This document shows, piece by piece, positions 33,096-46,469 of a stretch of 64,000 bases of DNA. Position numbers and translations under genes: made by a program. The notes below the pieces were generated by a model. It worked only from the letters and a program-made list of their open reading frames with translations, searched no databases and had not been told where the DNA came from. Source of the stretch: Macrostomum lignano (Eukaryota); assembly GCA_002269645.1 (NCBI GenBank), contig NIVC01003998.1, positions 1-64,000 of the forward strand, given 5' to 3'. The stretch's first letter is position 1; each line of letters starts with the position of its first letter.

Positions 33096-34689
33096 GTATG
33101 GACAAGATTACTAAAAATAAGTAGGTAATCAAAAACTAATCAAAGTTGGTGTGTTTTGCTTGTTGTTTTTTGTTTCAAATCCACACAATAGTTGTTACCG
33201 TTATGTATCGTTCTGCATTTTATTGCAAACAAGTTTTTCCCGTTGCTTTTTCTAAAAAATAGTTATTTTAAAAAATAATTCTTTTGCATTTTTGCTGCTG
33301 TGTTTTTTCGTTTTCTGTTTTTGTTCTTCATTTTGCTCAGCAACCTCTTTGAGTCAGGAAAATATATATCTTTTGGCCATTTAATCATGGACTTTTTGTG
33401 CTTTATTTCACTTTTTTACGCGAATTTCTAGCCATAGTCGTTAGTTAAGTCTGCATCGTAGTCAAGTTTCATTAAAGTTGCTCGTCACTTGCCTCAAATC
33501 CCGTACCTTAGCCGGATTAGTTTAGGGCCTCATCATCTCCAAGCAGAATGCAGCAGAGAAGAGATCCGAGCTTTAAAAAAGTGTCACCTTGGGGACTCGG
33601 GTTTGACGTGGTATTTAGACTATGAGGGGGGAGAAAAAGTATATACGGGACTTCGGTTCCGGGTTGGGACCTCCTATCGGATTACGGCAGAATTTTGTTC
33701 GATCATGAATGGAGAGCTTAAGAGGCATGGGGCTGGACAGGGACTGCACAGGGCCGGAGTCACTCGGCCACTCAGCCAGTCAGACTATATTCTGAGCTAG
33801 CTATGCGGACAGTGTATCGGGGGGGGGGTTCTCGACGCTAATCTGGGATCGAGTGTCCCCTAAGTATCGAAGGCAGGCGAGAGAGCCAGCTCCACTCTCT
33901 CGTCCCCGTGCAGCCCACTGACCTGAAGGGCCCTAATTGCGATCCGGAACTTGAGCAAGAAAAGTTTCTCTCTCATACACAACAGAAACTTGCTTGTGTC
34001 CGTTTCTTAGCATTTCAGTTTGCTACTAAGGGGTCGTTAATAAACCAAGACGACTTTCCGTTCATTCACCTATTCATCGCGTCTCCAAAAATGTTAGGGG
34101 GACTGCCTTGCTAGTTCCACGGGCGGAAAATGGCTTGTTATGTCTACTGTTAATCCGTTTGTATCATCATCTGATCGGTCAAGGCATGAGCTGCTTCGAT
34201 TCCAAGGCTGCACAACATTAATCTAGAGTTTTGCTCATGAAATCTTGGGTGTAAGGTTTTAGCCAATCTTCCAGATACAGCGTACAAAGGACTTAAATTT
34301 CAATTAAAAGGTCGTTGTGGCAGTTTAAAACCCTTGTATTATATTTACGAGTATGACCGTTTTCAATAGCCGTTTTCAATTATAGTGTATCATATGCTAT
34401 ATTTTTCTTCATAGTGTAGATCCAGTACTATTGTAGCTCTTAATAAATTATGGATTCAATGTTATGATGATTTTATTACCTATGCATTGGAGCCTATATA
34501 CTGCTTTGTCTTTAATAGGCTCCTTCGATATCTAATCAAACCCTGCATGCTCCGTATCGGCTCAATCATGTCAAGCTTCTAACTCGGAGTTCGCTTTGGC
34601 CTTCATCTATTATCCATGAGTATAGTAGCTGCGATTCTTAGACTCTACTGACTGCTTTCTGTGGCATAAGTGCAACGAAACATTTGATT

Positions 34690-35335
34690 CAAGCCAGTGG
34701 TCGTGGCGGTGGCGCGAATTCGCGCCTGCGCGAAAATGGCGCGAATACGCGAATTCTGTGACCATGGCGCGAAAAATGCGGATGGCTAATGGCGCGAAAA
34801 TATGAAAAATATTCCCCCATTTTTGCGCTATTTTTTCATTAAGAAGCTTTAAACTCCAGGCACCCATTTGAATAATTAAATTTCATGATGTTCTGCACCT
34901 CCATAACTATTTTTACCTTCATATTCACATGTGCATGTCTGAATTTGTTGGGTATTCTTAGCTGTATATTATATACATGCGCAACAGTCGGCCGAGTCGG
35001 CCGATCCGGCCGACCGATTTGGCGGCCAATCAAGGAAGTCGCAAAAATTCCCACCCAAAAAATAACCTGAAGAGTAGTACTAAGTAGCTGACGAGGCATT
35101 TTAGCTTAATAAAACAGTCATAGTTACTCCTGCCGTTTACCCAAAGTTGCGTTAATTTTGCTTTCGGGTTTTTTTATATGTAAGTCGCATTTTTGGCCAA
35201 AAACTACGTCGCATTTTTGTTAAAACTAAGTCGCACGGCTGACCGAATTTTGGAGGTTGCACATGTATGTGTATATATAGATACCTATGGCGCGAAAAAA
35301 TTTGGGTGGCGCGAAAATTTAGAAGGAGACCCGCC
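34690..35335. mobile_element. Probable non-autonomous DNA element with clustered GGCGCGAAA motifs at both ends
   Basis: Motif repeated at 34690-34800 and 35288-35320; internal GGCCGA repeats. Confidence 0.4.
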
Positions 35336-35654
35336 ACGACCACTGATTCAAGCTACTTCTGCACGCGATAGGAGCTATCTTTATTCGATGCTTCGGTTCA
35401 TGCTATCAGTTCTTCAATCTTTTGTACGTATCGTTTTTTATCTTTTCTCTATCCTTTTAGTGATGTTATGTCTTAATAGCACTCTAAGATTGCGATAGTA
35501 AATAATATGGGATTTAGTCGATCTGACCCCATAACTGTAACTACAGGCATTGAATTTGTGATTTTAGGCATGTATTTTTTTATGTCCATGGAGATGGAGT
35601 GCGATAATAAACAAGTAATGTAACAACTTGCGGTCTCCACCACGAAATCTTCCA

Positions 35655-36110
35655 CGAGCTCAAAGGCATCATTGGTAGATGAACTCCTCCACTAGCTCAA
35701 AGGCATTATTGATAGATGAACTCCTCCACGAACTAAAAGGCATCATTGGAAGATGAACTCCTCCACGAACTAAAAGGCATCATTGGAAGATGAACTCCTC
35801 CACGAACTAAAAGGCATCATTGGAAGATGAACTCCTCCACGAACTAAAAGGCATCATTGGTAGATGAACTCCTCCACTAGCTCAAAGGCATTATTGATAG
35901 ATGAACTCCTCCACGAACTAAAAGGCATCATTGGAAGATGAACTCCTCCACGAACTAAAAGGCATCATTGGAGGATGAACTCCTCCACGAACTAAAAGGC
36001 ATCATTGGAAGATGAACTCCTCCACGAACTAAAAGGCATCATTGGAAGATGAACTCCTCCACTAACTCAAGGGCATCATTGATAGATACACTCCTCTACT
36101 AGCTCGAAAT
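35655..36110. repeat. 37-bp minisatellite GATGAACTCCTCCACGAACTAAAAGGCATCATTGGAA
   Basis: About 12 head-to-tail copies with no spacers. Confidence 0.95.
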
Positions 36111-38074
36111 TTGATTTCATCTATAGAATCCTTCACGAGCTAAAAAGTTCACCATTTTTTGCGTAATTTCAACTTAATGAGAGTTCTAACTTGTGAGCTC
36201 TGAACTTCCAAATTTCGAGCTTGCAAAAATGTCTCACCAAAGCATTATCTCCCCAGTAGTCTTTCCTCTTCCAGTCTCCCCTTAATTTTTAGTCCTCGAA
36301 CTCGAATTCTCATTGATGGTTTGGAAATAACGATAAAAGAGTGCCCTCTCTTGCCTTAACCCCTAAAGCTGAGGCGTTATAGCTAGTGTGCGAGAGTCCA
36401 AATGGCTATATGGGAGAGAAACGGATTTCTGATTCCGATGATGGAATTTGCATTCGGCCAGTGTCGACCTCCCCAACCCCCTGCTGTGCCCGCAACCCCC
36501 AAAGAGTCCTCCGAGCCCTCGCAATCCCTGCCTGATGCAGTTTGTAGTCCTCTGCCCTGCTCTTTTCTCTATACGTCTCTCTCGTCTCCGCCTCCGCCCC
36601 TTCGTTCTTTATACTTCTTGGTCGCACTGAGTGAAGTGTGGAAAGGGAGAAAGCAAAGCCAGGGCGAGGGAGGTGGCGAGAGCCTGTCCAGAAAGCGGAT
36701 GGGCCAGCGACTCCTTAATGTTATTTCGCGAATTTGAGCCGGTGTCGTGGGTCCTCAGCCCAGTCTGTGTGGAAGGAGACTCAAAGCAGGGAGGTTGGTC
36801 GGATGAGTCTAAGGGCTGCATTGTGGGGTGCAGAACCGATTTAGACTGGCAAATGTAGGTGTGGTTCGTTGAATCTGAGTGCTCAGTGTGCAGTCCATGA
36901 GCAGTGTGCTTGTGTGTGTGTGTGCGAGTGCATTTGGTCAAGTTGCGCCCACAGAAAAATTGGAGAAAGAGCACTGGGATCCAAACTCACCCCCCCCCCC
37001 CTGACCCGGCTCACATTTCCTCAGCCTCTTTTTAGCTAGCCGCTTTCTCATCCTGAGCTCCCATCTCCAGCGCAGCCTCAGAATATCCACGGCGCCCCTG
37101 TGCTCACTGTGCGGCTTGATTTATGCTTCCATCAGTTTCAGGCTGGTCGGCTCATTTTTTACAGCTTTCCTTTATTGGGCCACCTTTCCGCTTTCGCTCA
37201 TTTCGTCTCTTGCTCTCATGCTCTACTCACTCTCTACCCTCGGGAGTTTCTTTTCTCCGCCGCTGTGTTTAACCTATCTGGCCTCTCAGCTAAAGTGTCT
37301 TACAGAGCAGTCCATAGAAAAGAGAAGAGGCACTCTCCGTTTTTCAAGTGTGATAAAATAATTTTTTTAATTGAAAGCAAGGCCGGATGACATTTATACA
37401 ACGGTTGAGGTATGAGTATGTCCTTTTGTTGGCTGTGCGTGTCGTATTTTTTGTTTATGATGGCGCTTCTAAAGAAAATTCGATCTCCCTCCTCTCGACT
37501 TTGTCCGTATGTGTTTTGGAAGCCAACAGAGGAATCGATAAATATACTAGGGTTGGATGGAAATATTAACTTACTAGGATTCATAATCAGTTGGTGCATC
37601 CATGCGGAAGCAGAAGCCAGCAAAATTTATTCTGAGCAGAGTAAAAGAATTTTTTTTGCAAAAAATGGAAACTCTTGCAGAATACGAGGTCGTATTTGCA
37701 GTAAACTTACATTGGCTGCTATTTTTAAACCACAAAATACATTATAGATTCCCTGTTCTCGATGAAGACGCGAGGGCAGAAACTATACTAGCGATGCAAT
37801 GGAGCAATCTGTTACGCCTTAGTAACGGCTTTAGTAGCGAAACCTAATCGAATGTTACTTTTTTACCACTGGGATCGCAATGCTTGGGTTGGGATCCTGC
37901 TTCTCCTCTGGGACTGCCGTGCAAAGTAAAATTTCCCTATGGATTCGTGTATTTTTTCAATTTCCGTAGCTAAAATTTCGACAATTCGCGTGACACTCTT
38001 CGGTTAAATTAAATATGACCCCGATTCGAGGCTGCTTATTGACCTCATGCGTTGCTTACTCCCGTTTTAGTGCA

Positions 38075-38300
38075 AGATTTCGATGCTGGGTATGAAGCTG
38101 TGAGGTTCCTGACGCCAGATTCGATGCTGGATATGAAGCTGTGGGGCTCCTGACTCCCAGATTCGATGCTGGATATGAAGCTGTGGGGCTCCTGACCTCC
38201 AGATTCGATGCTGGATATGAAGCTGTGGGGCTCCTGACTCCCAGATTCGATGCTGGATATGAAGCTGTGGGGCTCCTGACCTCCAGATTCGATGCTGGAT
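38075..38300. repeat. 42-bp minisatellite
   Basis: About 5 copies of GATTCGATGCTGGATATGAAGCTGTGGGGCTCCTGAC[T/C]CCA-type units. Confidence 0.95.
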
Positions 38301-40819
38301 ATTGATTTGCATGGATCAAGCTTAGGCATATCTTTATTTCTAAGCAATTTTTTCGGGGTTCAATGAGAGCAGGTCCAGTGATAGCGCGGTTTCGGGGGAA
38401 TGATTGCTTCTCTTGCTACTCAGTATTGCTACCTACACGCCTGGCTGTGCGTGACAGCTGGCAGGCTCGAGCTGGCCCTGCGATTATCCCATCGAATTTC
38501 CATCCGTGTGCCTGCTAGACATGCGGTATATGTAGCCCGGTTCTTCGCCGGCCTCCTCGCATCGCCATTTCCTCCATCTCCGGCTCTCCGGTCGTTTCGC
38601 TTGGCTGCTTCTCCCAGCTTCTCTCACTTGGACCATTCCATCTTCTTTCATCAAAGCTCCAGCTGCCCTTTCTCAGGCTCGCTGCGCTTGTGTGAACTGA
38701 GACGCTGCTTGCCAGATTTTTCATGTCATGCGAGCCTGTGTATTGCGGGCGCTATAGTGCTCATCGTTATCAGCATTTCCCGATTTCCTCTTTCCTACTG
38801 AATCGGCCGGATTATCTCGCTGGGGCTCTGTTTCCCCCCCAGCTTCCTATGCTCTGTCCCCCCTCTCTCTCCTTTTGTCTGGCACTTAATGATTGTTTGT
38901 CCAACGAGGCAGCGCAGTGCATATATGAAAATTCCATTCTTCTGTATGCAAGCACCGCGCTCCCTATCATTTCTGCAACTGCCTGTCTGTCTGCCAGTCT
39001 CTATGCATCCTTATTTATCCTCCATATTTCCATCCAGCTCTGCGCCAAATTTTATTCCTCTCAACAGTACTTTTGCGCCCGCTAACCCCCCCCCCCGTAT
39101 ACCGCTTCCTCTTATCCCTCTTATGCTGGTTCGCTCTCCCCTTGTCCCCACTGTCTTGCCGCGGCTCCCCACCGGGCGGCATCCCGCATTCTCTGTGCTG
39201 CTATTATTTGGCTTCCCGCTGCTAAGCCAAGGCTCTCTAGCTTCTTATCTGTGCATTCATTTGTTGGTTGTATTGCTGCAGGTAGTTAGAAAGAGGCTAG
39301 TGGTGGGAGTTAATCCAAGCAGATATCCATGCTGTTTATATTAGACCTTTTGTCTCAGTGCACTCTGCCAACAGATGCAGCGGGGAGACAATCAATCGTA
39401 CAAACGAACGCTATTTTACTCTGTATGGGTGCCAGTCTAAAGTTATAATGTCCTACATTCGAATAGAATCTCCCCTTTTACCTCGCTTAAATGCTCTTAT
39501 TCCCAGCGGAAATCTAACACAGCCAATTATTTCCAGTCATCCAATTTCGGCTTCTTCGTATTGGGATTCACACTTAAAAAAGGGGGCCAACTTTTGCGTC
39601 TTTCATCTCTCTCCAGCCGGGTCAATTGCCCCCCCCCCCTCGTCCTCTTTGCTCCTGAGTTATAAATAGACATCCCATTTCCCAGTTGAATTCAGCAGCT
39701 ATTGGGGCATGCAGCGTGCGCTGTATGTGTCAGTTGTGCCGGGACCTCCAGTACAGGGATGGGAGCCATGGGGGTGACTGGGATAAGGATTCGCACACAC
39801 AGTGAGCCAGCCAGACAGGGGGAGGGTAGACAGAGAGAAGTGCACTAATGTGCAGAGAGGTGCACTCAGTTTCTCCTGTCGCAGCTCTCTCCGATCCCCT
39901 CTATAGCTGGGCTTCCATCGAGTGCGGCTATCTACACGTCAGCCGCCACCGAAGAGTCATTCAATGCATGCCAGCCAGCCCTAAATATATCTTTAAGTAT
40001 AGGGTTAGGCGGGTCCAAGGACGCGAACCAGTTGGGCCTGGCTGCAAGTTTCCAGGCAATAAGTAAGAGGAGTCGTGGATTTCTGAGAACCATCGGGCTG
40101 CATTAATCAAGATCGGGGAGGGGAGGGGGAACCCCACCCACCTCCCTCCCGTCCCTACTCTCTCTCCCTCCTTCAAGTCTTCCCAAAGTACTTCTTCGAC
40201 AGTCCCATTGCCGTTGCCACCCGAAAACCTACGATTTCTTCGGCTTGGGTCGCCCCTCGACTCGACCCCGCCCCCTCCTCCAAGCTCAAGAGTTGGATGT
40301 GTTGGCTGGGATCGGACGGGGCGGGGCACTTGCTGGACAATTATCGAGCTGGGTCTGGTGCTTCTAGCTTTGCCTGCCTATCTGCTGCTTTTTCTTTGGC
40401 GATATCCGTGGAGACTTGGATTTATTGGATTTTTGCGCTTTTCCTGTTCTCTCTTTCCTCTCCCCTCCTGTTCCGTTGCCATCTCGCCCTTTTCCTCTCT
40501 GTCTATCTTTTGGGGACTCGTCTTCCTTTTTTCTTCCTTTTTTCCAATATCCCCAGAGAGATTCAAGCCAATTGAGCTACGGTGTCAGACCCTTAGCGTT
40601 TCTTGGTTGCTTGGTTGTCCCTTTAGAACGGGTTGACCCCGTTACGGATTAAGGCTGGAGTCTGGTTATTAAGCTATAATTTAGATACCATGCTAGTATA
40701 ACCTGCACATCAATGTGTCGGCGTGTGATAGTGATAGCTTTGTTTTAATCTTCATATAATTTACAATACGAGCGTAAATTGGGTCTGTCTCTGTTTGGCT
40801 TGGTTGGACTCTATTTTAT

Positions 40820-41030
40820 AACGTGTCTGTCTCGGATTGGCTAGATTAGCTAGACTATTTCATGACATGTCTGTATCTGATTGGCTAGGTTAGCTAGACT
40901 TTTTCATGACGTGTCTGTATCTGATTGGCTAGGTTAGCTAGACTATTTCATGACGTGTCTGTCGTGGATTGGATAGATTGTCAATAGGCTAGACTCTATT
41001 TCATGACGTGTCTGTCTCCGATTGGCTGAA
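40820..41030 (+). promoter_or_regulatory. About 44-bp tandem array carrying TGACGT and ATTGG (reverse CCAAT) motifs upstream of DOHH
   Basis: About 5 copies of CATGACGTGTCTGTATCTGATTGGCTAGGTTAGCTAGACTATTT ending about 150 bp before the ATG. The repeat is certain; the promoter role is inferred. Confidence 0.45.
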
Positions 41031-41177
41031 TTGGCAAGTAACCAATTAATGCTGGCTTTCTAAAGCGTCGGAATCTCGTTTGAAATTCAAAATGTCAGAT
41101 AGAAAATCAGGATGCCAGCTGGTACACGCTTGAAGTGTTAAAAGCTTGTCACATACTTCTTGCAGCTTAGCGACGTC

Positions 41178-43193
41178 ATGAGCGCAGCAGCTGCAGACAT
41201 CAAGCCAGTGGATGAGGCCACTCTGCGCAGCTGGGGCGAGCAGCTGGCTGGCGAGCGGACTCCCCTAGTAGAAAAGTACCGCTGCCTGTTCGGCTTGCGC
41301 CACGCCAGAGAGCCGGCCGCCGTCGACTTGATTGGCGCCGCCCTGTTCACCGACAAGTCCGCACTGTTGAAGCACGAGATGGCCTACGTACTCGGCCAGA
41401 AAGGCGACCCGGCCTCTGCAGCAATCCTGCGCCGCGTGCTGGCCGACCCCGCTCAGCCAGTCATTGTCCGGCACGAGGCCGCCGAGGCGCTCGGCGCAAT
41501 CGGCACCGAGGAGGCGCTGGCCGCGGTGGCCAAGCTGACCGACTCCCCAGAGCAGGAGCTGGCCGAGACCTGCCAACTGGCTGTCCGGCGGATTGCCTGG
41601 CTAAAAACCGCCCGACCCGAGGAGGTGTCGGCCGCCGTGGCCGCCTGCGCTTCTGTTGATCCCACGCCGCCTGCCTCAGCCTCAGAGTCTGTGGCCGCCA
41701 TGGCCCAGAGGCTGGTGAGTGACAATTCTCGCGCTCTGGGCTTTGTAGGCGCCGGATTCTGACCTCTGGCTGGGGGAGTATTCCCCGCTCATCTACACCT
41801 GATCCATCCCACACCTGATTCATGCCACACCTGATTCATGCCACACCTGATTCATGCCACACCTGGTCCATTCCCACACCTGATCCATGCCACACCTGAT
41901 TCATGCCACACCTGATTCATGCCACACCTGATTCATGCCACACCTGGTCCATCCCACACCTGATCCATGCCACACCTGATTCATGCCACACCTGATTCAT
42001 GCCACACCTGATTCATGCCACACCTGGTCCATCCCACACCTGATCCATCCCACACCTGATCCATCCCACACCTGATTCATGCCACACCTGATTCATGCCA
42101 CACCTGGTCCATTCCCACACCTGATCCATCCCACACCTGATTCATGCCACACCTGGTCCATTCCCACACCTGATTCATGCCACACCTTATTTATGCCACA
42201 CCTGGTTCATGCCACACCTGGTCCATTCCCACACCTGATCCATCCCACACCTGATCCATCCCACACCTGATCCATCCCACACCTGATTCATGCCACACCT
42301 GGTTCATGCCACACCTGGTCCATTCCCACACCTGATCCATCCCACACCTGATTCATGCCACACCTGATTCATGCCACACCTGGTCCATTCCCACACCTGA
42401 TCCATCCCACACCTGATTCATGCCACACCTTATTTATGCCACACCTGGTTCATGCCACACCTGGTCCATTCCCACACCTGATCCATCCCACACCTGATCC
42501 ATCCCACACCTGATTCATGCCACACCTGATTCATGCCACACCTGGTCCATTCCCACACCTGATCCATCCCACACCTGATTCATGCCACACCTTATTTATG
42601 CCACACCTGATTCATGCCACACCTGATTCATTCCACACCTGGTCCATGCCACACCTGATCCATCCCACAGCCAACTCATCCCAAGCCTGATCCCTTAACA
42701 CTTTAGCCATCCACAACCCTACACCAGATCCATCTTATATCAGTTCCATCCCACTCCGCCGCTGCAGTCGGACCCATCCGCGCCCCTGTACGATCGCTAC
42801 TGTGCGATGTTCGGCCTGCGCAACGTTGCTCTCGCTGGGCCGCCAGACGGCCAGTCAGCCGAAGAGGCGGTGGCCGGCCTTAGCGCCGCCCTGACCTGCC
42901 CGGAGAGCGCTCTGCTACGACACGAGGTCGCCTTCGTACTGGGCCAGCTTGGCCATCCCAGCTCTATGGAGGCCCTGATTGGCCGCCTCACTGACCAATC
43001 AGAGCACGGCATGGTACGTCACGAGGCAGCTGAAGCTCTCGGCGCCATTGGCACGCCGCGCTGCGTCGAACTGCTCCGGCAATACCTGACTGACCCGGAG
43101 ATTCTGGTTCGCGAGAGCTGCGTTGTAGCACTAGACATTGCCGACTACATGACAGGATCGGACTTCCAGTACGCCAAGGTGCCGTCAGCCTAA
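41178..43193 (+). CDS. DOHH: Deoxyhypusine hydroxylase (exons 41178-41714 and 42768-43193; 320 aa)
   Basis: Four HEAT-repeat HE motifs (LKHEMAYVLGQ, VRHEAAEALGAIG, LRHEVAFVLGQ, VRHEAAEALGAIG). Phase-0 junction CTG|GTGAGT...CTGCAG|TCG restores RL-SDPSAPLYDRYCAMFGLRN. Confidence 0.97.
41795..42670. repeat. 16-17-bp minisatellite filling the DOHH intron
   Basis: CACACCTGATTCATGC and CACACCTGGTCCATTCC units. Confidence 0.97.
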
Positions 43194-43416
43194 AATGTTT
43201 TAAATCTCTCACTATCTGCGGCAAATCATGCTATGTACGCTGCCATCCTTTCAACTTTGTGCGAAACTAAAAATAATAAAACGGATTGGATTAAGTTTGC
43301 GTCTGCGCCTTCTTTGTAATGCATTTTATATTATTGATTGGATTATACTTGCAAACTGATCGTGGCTTTTGTCTGATTTTATTTTCAAATCAATAGCGAT
43401 AAGGTAAAGCTGAGAA

Positions 43417-44235
43417 TAATCGATAAACCGCACCCACCCCAACACAGCAGCGGTTCAGTGACACAGCAGGGTAGGAAGGAGGCCTAGGAGTGGGGTGGGG
43501 CTGAGGGCCGGCCAGATAATCGATAAACCGCACCCACCCCAACACAGCAGCGGTTCAGTGACACAGCAGGGTAGGAAGGAGGCCTAGGAGTGGGGTGGGG
43601 CTGAGGGCCGGCCAGATAATCGATAAACCGCACCCACCCCAACACAGCAGGGTAGGAAGGAGGCCTAGGAGTGGGGTGGGGCTGAGGGCCGGCCAGATAA
43701 TCGATAAACCGCACCCACCCCAACACAGCAGGGCAGGAAGAAGGCCTAGGAGTGGGGTGGGGCTGAGGGCCGGCCAGATAATCGATAAACCGCACCCACC
43801 CCAACACAGCAGGGCAGGAAGGAGGCCTAGGAGTGGGGTGGGGCTGAGGGCCAGCCAGATAATCGATAAACCGCACCCACCCCAACACAGCAGGGCAAGG
43901 AAGAAGGCCTAGGAGTGGGGTGGGGCTGAGGGCCGGCCAGATAATCGATAAACCGCACCCCAACACAGCAGGGCAGGAAGAAGGCCTAGGAGTGGGGTGG
44001 GGCTGAGGGCCGGCCAGATAATCGATAAACCGCACCCACCCCAACACAGCAGGGCAGGAAGAAGGCCTAGGAGTGGGGTGGGGCTGAGGGCCGGCCAGAT
44101 AATCGATAAACCGCACCCACCCCAACACAGCAGGGCAGGAAGAAGGCCTAGGAGTGGGGTGGGGCTGAGGGCCGGCCAGATAATCGATAAACCGCACCCA
44201 CCCCAACACAGTAGCGGTTCAGCGACAGCAGGGTA
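43417..44235. repeat. 81-bp minisatellite (with 102-bp variants) downstream of DOHH
   Basis: GATAATCGATAAACCGCACCCACCCCAACACAGCAGG... repeated about 9-10 times. Confidence 0.95.
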
Positions 44236-44429
44236 GGAAGTAGGGGTGGGCTTAACCGCCAAACGGCACGGTACCAAAGCCGCACCAACAGCATTTAGTT
44301 AATTGCAGGATCAATGTAAGAAAAAATTGAACTGAGCTGATCGCTTTTCTTATTAAAAATAGGAATACCAAGCCATTATTCCGCCCGTCGAACTACCAAG
44401 GGCGGAGGGGGAATCCCCCCCCCCCCTAA

Positions 44430-45660
44430 CAATTTTTTGCTGCGGCGAAACGGAGCAAAACAGGCACACAAAATTCAAGAACACTGGCTAACTTTTTTGT
44501 TGCGCGCCTTCTCAAACAAGAATCAGGTTGCCAGCCCTCCGGACCGTCGAGATATTCGACGATTCTGCCAGAAGGTCGGATTTTCCCATAAGCGCCCGTG
44601 TATTCAGTACATCCCTGTGCGCCAACCAGCACTGCACCTCAGTGCAGCCTTGCCAAACTTCCAAATTTAATTAGAACGTCGACCACATGCGCGTTCGCAT
44701 CAGCTGACTTCGTTGGTCACTGGCTTTTACCCAGGCGGAGCTTCTGGACCTTCAACAGGTGGTGGTGCCAGGTGACTATGGCACACTGTTGCAAATTTCT
44801 CTAGCAACTACGTCAGATTTATGTTATCAAGCTTCTATTATTGGGCAAACCTGAACTGCTAGGTATCCTTAACTATCTGGAACTAGTTTCTCAAGCATTC
44901 GCTCGTCATTCAGCCGTCGTCGACACCTTTAACAGACGAAACCATAACTACGGACACCCAAGAGATGATATTTGTAACTTATAGTCATTTTAGTAACTTT
45001 TTATTACTTGTTCTTCAGTCCCACACTGTGAATTCGAGTTTTTTCTCTTCGCGAAAACTCCGTTTAATTAACTAATTACCTCATCAAGAACGTCATCATT
45101 TAAAGCTTGCCCATTATTGGTGCTTGGTCAGCGACATAGAAATTCTCAACACCGTGTCCATAGTCGCCTGGCGTCTTCACTTGAAGGTGCCGGCGGCATG
45201 GGGGTGATGATTGAATGCGGGAGAGACTAGCTGAGGATGTCCAGCAGTTGTGATTTGCCCACTGTCGAGGCTTGATCAGCGAAACTCGATTTTGCAAATT
45301 TGCAACAGCGTGTCCATAGTCACCTGGTGCCACCTTTTAAAGGTCCAGAAGCTCTGTCTGGGTAAAAGCCAGTGACCAACGAAGTCAGAGCTGTTGCAGA
45401 CACATGTGGTCGACGTGCTGATGTAATTTGGAGGCTTGGCAAGGCTGCACTGAGGTGCAGTGCTGGTTGGCGCACAGGGGTTGTACTGAATACACTGGCG
45501 CTTATGGAAAAAATCCGACCGGCAGAATCTCTGAATATCTCGACGGTCCGGAGGGTTGGAAACTTGATTTAAGTTTGAGAAGGTGAGGAACAAAAAGTTA
45601 TCCCGTGTTCTGGAATTTCGTGTGCCAGTGTTGCTCTTGTAAGGCGCAGCAAAAAAATCT
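44430..45660. mobile_element. Foldback/MITE-like element with about 365-bp imperfect inverted arms
   Basis: 44430-44797 is the reverse complement of 45297-45660 (for example CCTCCGGACCGTCGAGATATTC and GAATATCTCGACGGTCCGGAGG). Confidence 0.85.
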
Positions 45661-46469
45661 ACTGTTCATTGAAACGCTGAATAAATCCGTTTTCTTACTG
45701 AATTACATGTAGTTTATTTATATTAATAATACTAATAGTACAAGTACAATCAGGTTAAATGATATAAAATAAAGCAAGTTCTCTTGTTTGTATCCTTTAG
45801 ATTAGTTATATAAGCACAGCATTTACAATATTTCAAGTGGAGCCCCGCAATGACACTTGATAGAATGAATTGCACTTGAAGCTTTTCATATTTATATCTC
45901 CCCTCGGCTCGCAGTCCCCGATGTTGTCAAGATAAAGAAACCATGTTGAAGCTTAAAAAGCTGAAGCTGATTGGATACACGCTTTAAAAAGGTGCTTTTA
46001 TATACGAGGCGTTGAATTCGCCAGGTTTAAAAGTTAAATATTTATTATCGGCATTAAAAAAAGTTCTAAAAAAATTTTAGTTACAGTCGGCACGGTCGCA
46101 CAAGCGAAGAAAGCCGACAAAGCGAGATTGCTAAAAATATCTGACTGGCTGACTAGACAGCGTTTGAGAAATGTATATTTAGATATATAAAATGGGTAGC
46201 TTAAGGCCATGCAGATTTTTAAGTTAGAAGAACAAAACATTAGCGAACAAAGGCTTAGAAATATAAAGGAAAATTTCAAAAATTGCATTAAAAAATTATA
46301 GAGCTAAATAGCCATGTATTGTGCGTACAAATGGGATTGCAATGGTAGTTTTACAAAAGATGACCTGATAGGAAAATACTGTTGATAACAAAAAATTTTC
46401 AACGTAACGATTTTTCAATATTTTCAATATTTCAATATTTTCAACGTAACGATTACACACTCTCTAGCG

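Noticed and set aside
33489-34230. Possible fossil of a negative-strand RNA virus L protein or retroelement (LFIASPKMLGGLP)
   Set aside because: Only a short P-x-x-LGG motif; no polymerase motifs upstream and frames are broken. A tBLASTn/HHpred hit would be needed.
35655-36110. 37-bp repeats of CRISPR-like length
   Set aside because: Head-to-tail with no unique spacers, no cas genes, eukaryotic context.
36200-40640. Many short ORFs in a moderately GC-rich 4.4-kb stretch
   Set aside because: No domain motifs or consistent splice structure; many are pyrimidine/purine-skew artefacts.
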